The notes beneath the pieces are model-generated. The model saw nothing but the letters and a program-made list of their open reading frames with translations. It searched no databases and was not told the DNA's origin. Source: a virus (taxonomy: Duplodnaviria; Caudoviricetes). From it: a DNA stretch of 56,198 nucleotides. Position numbers and translations under genes: made by a program. Every line of letters begins with the position of its first letter. The stretch's first letter is position 1. The DNA is taken from the IMG/VR virus record IMGVR_UViG_3300012940_000002, positions 1 through 56,198 of that record; one strand, given 5' to 3'. Positions 39,501-48,058 of this stretch are shown piece after piece.

Positions 39501-42500
39501 CGACAAGAAGCAGGTTGCTCTCGGCGGGCTCAAGTACGTTATCTCGGGCTTGGGTCTCGCTCAGCAGCGCCTCCCGAAGACGAGCCTGACGCGCGAGCGT
39601 GACATCGACCTGGTGACCGATGCCAACTCTGCCAACAGCAAGAACGGCTGGCAAGGTGACGTTGGCAATCACCGTTCGGCGGCCGTCGTCTTTGGCTGGG
39701 ACATTCGTGACAAGGTACTGCAAGCGTTCAGGGAAGCGACGAACGACCCGAACCTGTCTGACGTGCGTATGCGTGAACTCCTCCGAGAGTTCGCTCAGAG
39801 TACTCGTCAGTACCCCGCAGCATACCTACGCGAGATGATGTCTGACCGCGCCGCACTCGCTCGCCTTGCTCTCGCAAACGGGTCGCCGGTAGACATCAGC
39901 CAGGACAGTCCCCTCTCAGGTTACCTGGAGGCTGTGATCGTGTACCTCATGGGTGCCGAGCGCGAGCGCCCCAGTGACAACCCGGTGAACCACGTCCTGG
40001 GTCCGTTCAGCGGCCTGCTGCAGGGTCCGGAGATGATGGGTGCGACGGCTCAGGAACTCCCGCGCCTGTTCACGGAGTACTTCGATTCTCTCGGCCCGAA
40101 CCACCCGACTGTCCTAGATATTCGTCGCACTTGGCAGGAACGACTCAATCGTGATCAGGATGGGTATTACATCCTGAACCCGGACTTTACTATCACAGCA
40201 GTCACGACTGACAAGCGTGGGCGAGTCATCCGTTCGGAGACCGGTCGCCTCCAGATCGCAGAGATCAACAGCACCGGTGACAACCCGGCCTTCGACCGTT
40301 TCGCTGAGCGGTCTGATCGTGCGACGCCGGAAGACTGGTCGCCACACACTGCTGCTCTCGCCATGACCGCTCTTGGTACCACGATCGCGCGGTCCAAGGA
40401 TATCGAGGAGAGCGCTCGTCGCGCGGTCTCGGCAGAGGATGTCATCGAGATTACCCTGCCTGACGAGAACGGCGCAACGATTCTCGATGCCATGGTCGGT
40501 GTGCTACGTGAAGCCCAGGTCACTGAGACTGGTTATCGCTGGCAGGCGGACACTCCGGCTCGCGAGTGGTACCGCAAGGTGTCTCGCAATCTCAGCCACG
40601 CCTACCGCGTGGAGGTTGACTACGACAAGTGGGTCTTCCCGGACGACAAGCCCCAGGAGCAGGAGAACCGGGTTCGAACAGTCGAGAAGCTGATCGATGA
40701 AATCATTGCAGCCCTCCACCTGGACGGCAGAACCCAGCGCCACCTGGTTCACTACTGGGTCCGTCAGAACATCGGTCAGTTCGCTGACAAGGACCCCGAG
40801 AGCACGGCTGGTGACGTTACCTATGACCTGATGCGTCAGTCTCTCGTTGACATCCTGGCAAACGTCGAGATGAACATCTTGCCCGTCGTTGATGCCGACG
40901 TGCCTCTCATTCATCGCGACGACCTTGCTGCAATCTTCGAGGCAAACCGTGACCATCCGCACCCTTGGCTGCTTCGAGAGGGTGTGGACATCGGAATCCC
41001 GGTTCATCAGTCTGCGACGGTCGATCCCACCAACTGGTCTGGCTGGGTCCACGTGGCTCTCGGTACAGCAGAAACTGGACAGCGCTCGTTCGATAACGTG
41101 AATCTCACTGCTGTCGATGGTATGCTGCAGTCCTACACGATCTCTGAGGACAACCTACGTGGCCTCCCGATCAGCCGGTCGGACCTGCGTGACGCGAAGC
41201 TGTGGGACCCCAAGACCTCTCGCATGGTCATCAGCATCGACCCGCGTCGAAACGCGTTCGCCGGTGAACCAATGATCCTCGACCCAACGAAGCGCGCTCT
41301 GCAGGACGAATTCGGTGTCTCTCTGGAGGGTTCACGCTGGCAAGGTGCTCGTAACCTCTCGCCTGACAAGAGGCGTCGCGACCAGTACCGCAAGCGCTAC
41401 CGTGCAGAGCGAGGCATCTCGACCCCGATCGAGACAGGTGTTCGCAACTTCCGCAAGCACGGTGAGCAGTGGGTGGGAGAAGCGACGACCAAGAACGGTC
41501 TGGTCCTCGCAGTCCACGACCTCCGTCACTTCACGACCCTGTTCAACCCACTCCTGTGGCTCGGTGCCGGTGTGGAGCTCGCGGCCCGCAACATTCAGGA
41601 TGACGTTATCGGCCTCGTTACTGGTACCAGCACTGGCGGACTGTCGCGCCTCGGCGCTGGTCTCGCCGCCAAGGTGACGCGTGGGACTCTCGGTACCGAA
41701 GAGATTTCGAAGCGCCTCCAAGCATTTCACAACACCCAGAAAGCACTGGCGGAGAACCCGAACTTCGCCGGTATGATGTACGCGGACATGCAGTTTAAGG
41801 AGCCGCACATCCGTCGTAACTTTGTCACGAAGTTCACAGGCTGGCTCGGTCGGAGCGGTGACTGGATGCAAGACCCGACTTACGGTCAGCCACAGCACGT
41901 CATGGCTCGCCGTTACCTCGAAGCTGTCATGGACTACGTCAACAACACTGACGTGGTAATCAGTGAGGGTCAGCTTCTCTTCGAACTGGAGAAGGATCCT
42001 CAGTGGGTCAAGAAGCACCTGGCCGACGCGCACCGTGTTGCGACTGCTCGTGTGTCCAACATGCGGTCGCTCAAGATGACGTCGCTCGGTCTTCTGCTTC
42101 GAAGCATCTACCAGATTCCCGGCTCGTCACAGAACGGCGGAGTACGCATGTTCTCCGATCTGTTCCTCAAGACCCCGCTCATGTACAGCGGTTACCTGGC
42201 AAACGTTGCAACCAATATGCTTGGTCTCAACACCGCCAACAACATGTTGCTCATGTTCCTGAACGGTCGAAAGGCTGGCAAGTTCGCCCAGCGCGCGCTC
42301 GGCGACTCGTACATTAAGGATGGCGTCGTCGATCTGACCCCGCTCATCGACACGATGGATCTCACTCGGTCGTTCGTGTCGGACGGTCTGGTCATGTCTT
42401 CCTTCTTCATGGCGGCTGCATTCGCAGGCGCGACCGGCCTGGCTAGCGGGGAAGATGAGGAAGAACGCCGTCGCCGCCTCGCCATGCTGCACCAGGGTGG

Positions 42501-44202
42501 CGGTATCATCTACGACCCGCGCGAAATTGAGAACGACTGGCGCAGCCACGAGGCTCTGTACCTGGAGAATATCCCGGTCATCGGAGGCATCCTGGCCGAC
42601 ATCACGGGCACGCGCGGCTCGGGCGGTGTGCCACACTGGATCATCCGGCAGTTCTCGTCTCCAGTTCTCGGCATCACTCGCGCAGTCGAGACCGGCAACA
42701 TGGAACACGTGAAGTGGGGCTTCCAGGACGTTCTTGGTTCCCTGCCCCTGTTCAATGAGACCATGGCGATCGAAGCTGCTCAGACATTCGACATGCTCAC
42801 CGCTCAAGCTGACGAGGCTCAGTACTTGGGTACTGATACCGGTGCTATGAAGGCTCTCGGTCTTCTGACTAAGGCAGTCATGTCCTATGAGTCGATGGTT
42901 CTGGAGTCGTCGTTCGCAAACTTCCTCTACCAGCAGGCTGACAAGTGGGACCGCGACCCGTTCGTGATTCCTGACCGCCTCGAAGACGGTACCTACGTGC
43001 GTGATCGCATGGACGTGCCTCGGCCCACGCGTGCTCTAGAGGACTTCTACGATCCGGAAACCGGAGAACTCCTGTCGGCTTACCGTGGACGTGACTGGTT
43101 CGAGAGCACTGCCGCTGGCTTCTCGGAGAACCGCATCACGTTCGCTTTCCTCATGAGCCTCGGTACGGGCCTTCAATCGTCCCAGTACTGGCGGAACAAC
43201 ATGGTGGCCAAGACGCGCACCATTGAGAAGGAAGAGATGACTGAGGAACGCGCCGCGAACCTCGTCATGGGTCTCTTCGATTCGACAGGCTTCGCCGATG
43301 ATCTGACTCGTATGCAAAATGGCGAGGGCATCGACCAGTCCTGGTTGCTCTCGTCGTACCGTGAAGACGGCTCTGAGGAACTCACCGACCTCGGCGCGGA
43401 GGCAGTCATCCGGGGCGTCTGGAATGGGTCTGTCCGACTCGGTGACAAGGCTCTCGAGGGTCTGTACATTCCCTATGAGATGCGTGAGCGACTGCAAGAC
43501 ATGTTCCTAGAGCAGTTCACCCAGGAAGGTGTTGACCTAGGTCTTTCTCAGCAAGATGCTGTCAAGCGTGCGAAGCTCATTGGCTACGGACCCTTTGAGG
43601 ATAGCAGCGTTCCTGGCCTGTTCGACTTGATCTGGTCAGATCAGATTCCTTACACCAAGAACAACCGCTACTATCAGCTCAACACGACCTACGTGACCGG
43701 TCCCGACGGCAAGCCGTGGGCCACCGCCGTCGAGCGCAATACCTTGCTTCGCGCGTTCGGATTCCCGATCGCTCCGTTCTACAACGAAGACACCGGTCGC
43801 GGTCTCCCGACTGACGCAGTCCTGAACGCTGTTGACTATGGTGCAAACCTCAACACTGGTCTCCGTGCCCTTGAGAAGACTGACGAGTCGTGGATCATCC
43901 CGACTCCGGAAGACATTGGTGAGTCGATCGAGAAGGCAATCGAGAAGCTCGAAAACAAGACTTTCACTCCCAGCCCGACCTACGACCAGTATACTGGTTA
44001 CGGTCGTCGCGGCTACGGTGGTGGCGGCGGTGGTGGTCGGTCCTACGCGAACAACTCGCTGATGCCGTTCCTGAACGGTATGCGCGCCCCGTACGCAGAC
44101 TCGGTGCCACAGATCTACATCCAGAACATCAACCAGCGACGTGAAGACATCAGGCGTGAACGGTTCTCCAGCGAGCGAGGAAGGCTGAACCAGCAGCAAT
44201 GA
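30556..44202 (+). CDS. Giant (4,548 aa) virion/ejection protein containing two-barrel RNA polymerase motifs
   Basis: Uninterrupted ORF; ATG after AGGAG; ARDP...GGDFDGD (DFDGD at 33091-33105) and [16 protein letters not shown] (from 39499); hydrophobic N- and C-terminal segments; ATGA-coupled to the portal. Confidence 0.8.
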   Translation: [4548 protein letters not shown]

Positions 44203-46229
44203 AAGGCGAATTCGAAGAGGTCAAGGACTTCCCAGACTGGTATGACGTGTACCGGCTCGGTGATGACGGAGTCCTCATACCCAACGGTGTGTCACACTGC
44301 GCAGCCCGCAAGCTGCGTATGTATCGTCGCTTCAAGCATGAGATGGAGGCACGAGTCGCTCAGTACGAGAAGTACGAGAAGCAGGCCGCCGCTGAAGTCG
44401 TCACGAAAAAGTCCGACCTGGCCAACATCTCGTCCGGTGAGTCGGCGGGCATGATTCGACGTATGGCTCGCAACGTCGTTCAGCACACGCCCAACGTCTA
44501 CATCATGAACGAGTTTGATGATGAGTCTATTCCTGGTGTGATCGCTCGTCACACTCTCAAGACGAAGATCATCGGTGATGACGAGTACTCGAACTCGATG
44601 CAGCAGAACCTCATCACAACCTTCCGGCGTGGTGCAACGATCGGATTCGACACTGTCATTCCTGTCCTGAAGCAAAATAATCGCGGACAGTGGTATGTCA
44701 AGTACGACACCATCCATTATCGTGACGTGTTCCCCGAGCCGGGTGCCAAAGACATTCGCCAAGCCACTGACGTGTTCATTCGACGCTACTTGACTCGCGG
44801 CGAGGTCCACGCTCTCATCAAGAGTCAGGCAGTCGGTTGGGATATCGCTGCCCTCAAGTACGTTCTCGGTACCCACCCGGTCTCGCGCGAGTACGTAGAC
44901 TTCGAGAACAAGCGTCACCACGTCAACTACGAGGCCTACGAGATCATCACTTGGTACTCGAACACAGGTGAAGCCTTCCTGACGTGGCACGCCCAGTCCA
45001 ATATTCTGCTTCGGATCGAAGTCAACAAGCACCCTGTCAAGGAACATCCGGTGTTCTTCTTCGTCCCGGAAAAGGACGACCAGCAGCCTCTCGGCAAGTC
45101 CTTGCTCTCGCTGACTTACGGTCGACAGGAACTGCAGGATCTCTTCCTGAATTCCACCATGAAGATGATGATCCGCAACACCAACCCGCCGATCATCTCG
45201 TTCGGTACGAACAACGCGGTCATCAATTTGTCTCCGGGTAAGCTGAACGAGATTCCGAACCCTCAAGCGCGACTGGAATCTTTCGAGGTTAACACCCAGG
45301 CGCACATGATGTTCGGCCAGATCACGCAGCAGAATGCAGCGAACATGCAGCAGTTGATCGGAGCCACCGATCAGCAAATGGCTGCTGGCCCGACTGGTGG
45401 CATGATGAGCCAGACACCTCAGGGTGTCGAGGCACAGCAGCAGTTGGTCGATATCACGACCAACAACTACCAGAAGGCGATGGAAGAGTTCTTCTCTCGT
45501 TACTGTTCGTATGCTCTAACGATGTACTTCCAGGAACTCAAGGGCGTCAAAACCATCACGCCTACGGCAGATCTTCGCAGGGAGCTCCAGAACGAGGGCG
45601 TCCCGCCTGAGGCGTTCGTCCACGAGCCGTACACCGTGGTGGACGAAGAGACTCAGTTGCCGATCGAGATTCCTGCCGATGGTACTGGCCTCAAGGACGG
45701 TCAGCTGAACTTCAGTTTTGAAGACATGGCCGTAGAGTACTTCGTACAGTGCGTTCCCGGCTCCCTGACAGAGCTTGAGGACGAGAAGCAAATGCGTCTC
45801 CTGCAGACGATCCTCGTCCCGCTCAGCCAGGCTCTTCCGGCTGTCGCGCAGACAGGAGACCAGGAGGCTCTTGCTCGTGCTTCGAAGATGATGCAGTTCA
45901 TCGTTGAGAAGACGGTTGAACTCTCTGGCTCTGCTCACAGCACTGAAATCAAGAAGATCCTCCGTGGTACAGACGATGACACGAAGCGCGACAAACGTAT
46001 CGAACAGCTGGAACAGGTCATCGGTGGTCAGTACTCCGAAAACGGAGAGTTCTCCGATCAGATGGTCCAAGTGGTCATGCGACAGCAAGAACAAATCAAC
46101 GCGATCACTGAGGCTCTCGGGGGTTTCCTTGCGAGACAAGGGGTCGCAATCCCAGGGGGCCAAACCGATGCATCCGGGCCGGAGGGGACCGCTCCGTCCG
46201 CGCCCACACCCGCTGCTCTCCCGGCTTGA
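44199..46229 (+). CDS. Portal protein
   Basis: 676 aa; podovirus portal pattern (VFPEPGA, HPVFFF, PLGKSLL...QELQD, NPP, C-terminal coiled coil); precedes the capsid gene. Confidence 0.75.
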   Translation: MKGEFEEVKDFPDWYDVYRLGDDGVLIPNGVSHCAARKLRMYRRFKHEMEARVAQYEKYEKQAAAEVVTKKSDLANISSGESAGMIRRMARNVVQHTPNVYIMNEFDDESIPGVIARHTLKTKIIGDDEYSNSMQQNLITTFRRGATIGFDTVIPVLKQNNRGQWYVKYDTIHYRDVFPEPGAKDIRQATDVFIRRYLTRGEVHALIKSQAVGWDIAALKYVLGTHPVSREYVDFENKRHHVNYEAYEIITWYSNTGEAFLTWHAQSNILLRIEVNKHPVKEHPVFFFVPEKDDQQPLGKSLLSLTYGRQELQDLFLNSTMKMMIRNTNPPIISFGTNNAVINLSPGKLNEIPNPQARLESFEVNTQAHMMFGQITQQNAANMQQLIGATDQQMAAGPTGGMMSQTPQGVEAQQQLVDITTNNYQKAMEEFFSRYCSYALTMYFQELKGVKTITPTADLRRELQNEGVPPEAFVHEPYTVVDEETQLPIEIPADGTGLKDGQLNFSFEDMAVEYFVQCVPGSLTELEDEKQMRLLQTILVPLSQALPAVAQTGDQEALARASKMMQFIVEKTVELSGSAHSTEIKKILRGTDDDTKRDKRIEQLEQVIGGQYSENGEFSDQMVQVVMRQQEQINAITEALGGFLARQGVAIPGGQTDASGPEGTAPSAPTPAALPA

Positions 46230-46281
46230 GGTAGAGTATCCCTAGGACAGTACGTCCTCTGAATCAGAAAGGAAACCTCGA

Positions 46282-47991
46282 ATGGCTGCACCGGTCGTTC
46301 AGAAGGGCGCCCTGACCAAGCATCAGCTCGTCCTCCACAAAACGATGAATCTGAAGTCGCCGGTGAACGGGATGTTCAACGGCAACGAGATCAACCCCGG
46401 CGAGTTCATGTCCAGCCGAGTCGTGGCCGTTCCGGACATCCGGGTCGACGACTACATCGTGGACACCGACATCGCTCGCATCGGGTCTGATCACTACTCC
46501 GGCTCGGAGTACACACAGAAGTGGAAGAACGGCATCCCGCCGATCGAGTGGCGTTACTACACGACCTCGCGGCACCGCTCGTTCGGCTACACTGTGTTCC
46601 ACGAGCAGGAGCAGTTCACTCCGATCAAGAACCTCCCGCAGGAGTACCTGGCCCGGAAGATGGCGACCACCGTCCTCCGTGACCACGACAAGTACCTTCT
46701 GCTGGCGATCGTGCTCGGACGCATGACCGGCAAGCTCGTCGCTCGCACGTCGAACGACACGTACACGTCGGTCATCGAGGACACCACGGGCATCTCGGCG
46801 GCAGAGGTCGCGTGTACCGGCAACCAGGCGGACTACAAGTGGATCGCCCAGCCCGGTGAGCAGTACGACAACGAGATCCAGCCCTCGTTCGCCACGATCA
46901 AGGGCATGACGCTTGACGCGGCGGACCCGCTCAAGACGCTCGACGCGCTGACCACGATGTTCGGTGAGAACTGGTTTGACAGCAACCTGCCGAACAGTGA
47001 TCGGTTCTTCCTCATCACGCCCGCGCTGGAGCTCTCGTTCCGCGACGCACTCATCAACGCCGGTACTTACGTGGACGGCGGCTTCGACATCTACAAGAAT
47101 GCGGACAACTCCGGCGTGGTCGGACCTGCGTTCTTCGGCAAGCTCCGTGGATGGACCTTCGTCAAGATCCACCCCGAGTTCCTTCCGAAGGTGTTTGTCG
47201 ACGCTTCCAACGTGGTTGACCCGTCGCCGACTCTCACGGGTGTCGGCACTGCCGCTTCGCGTACGCTGAAGCAGGTCGTGGCTCTCGCCGCCTACAAGGG
47301 TGCGGCGCAGACCCACGATTTCTTTGCGGACAAGAAGTCGCAGGAGGGCGGCGTGCGCGGTGACTTCACCGAGTACGTGCAGCACATGTCGTACGACGCG
47401 TGGGTCATCGACCAGATGTCGGAGGGCATCGTGCCGATCTTCCTGCCCGCAGACCTCGACGGCAATGGCACGACGGACGTGGACTACACGCCGGTCAACG
47501 ACTCGTTCACGCGAGTCGCTGCCGCTCTCGCCGCCGCTCGTACCACGCTCGGTACGGAGGGCAACGGCTCGGTGTACCCCTGGTACCCGGCTTCGGGTCC
47601 GAACGTCAAGCCTCACGGCCCCGGTTGGTTCGAGCAGCCCTACACCGGCACGTACCGCCTCGACACCAACCTGGCGGTCCAGGAGACCGGCGACCTGGCG
47701 AAGAACATCCCCGCGCTCCCCGGCGACACGTCGTACGACCCGACGGTCATCGCAGGAGTCATCGAGGGCATGCTCCTCGCCGCCACCGCGATCCCGACGT
47801 CCGGTACTGCGGGCACCACGGTCGGCACGATCTACAAGATCGGCTCGACGCTGTGGAAGATCACCGAGGTTGGCGCGACCACGCCCACGTTCGCGGCCAC
47901 GCCGTCGATCACGGGCAAGGCGATCGGCGACACGATCGTGGTCAACTCCGGCACTCCGGCGAACTCGATCACGCTGGTTCGCATCCTCTAA
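46282..47991 (+). CDS. Major capsid protein with C-terminal extension
   Basis: Strongest codon bias in the genome; HK97-like P-domain motifs (DRFFLITP, GKLRGWTF); followed by a hairpin. Confidence 0.75.
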   Translation: MAAPVVQKGALTKHQLVLHKTMNLKSPVNGMFNGNEINPGEFMSSRVVAVPDIRVDDYIVDTDIARIGSDHYSGSEYTQKWKNGIPPIEWRYYTTSRHRSFGYTVFHEQEQFTPIKNLPQEYLARKMATTVLRDHDKYLLLAIVLGRMTGKLVARTSNDTYTSVIEDTTGISAAEVACTGNQADYKWIAQPGEQYDNEIQPSFATIKGMTLDAADPLKTLDALTTMFGENWFDSNLPNSDRFFLITPALELSFRDALINAGTYVDGGFDIYKNADNSGVVGPAFFGKLRGWTFVKIHPEFLPKVFVDASNVVDPSPTLTGVGTAASRTLKQVVALAAYKGAAQTHDFFADKKSQEGGVRGDFTEYVQHMSYDAWVIDQMSEGIVPIFLPADLDGNGTTDVDYTPVNDSFTRVAAALAAARTTLGTEGNGSVYPWYPASGPNVKPHGPGWFEQPYTGTYRLDTNLAVQETGDLAKNIPALPGDTSYDPTVIAGVIEGMLLAATAIPTSGTAGTTVGTIYKIGSTLWKITEVGATTPTFAATPSITGKAIGDTIVVNSGTPANSITLVRIL

Positions 47992-48058
47992 CCCGCTCGG
48001 GCCGGGGTAAGATAGTCTCAAGCCCCGGCCCATACGGGTCGACCAAAAGGAGGAACAA

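Noticed and set aside
46264-48033. 589-aa antisense ORF over the capsid gene
   Set aside because: Mirror of a strongly biased sense gene; Arg-rich, not protein-like
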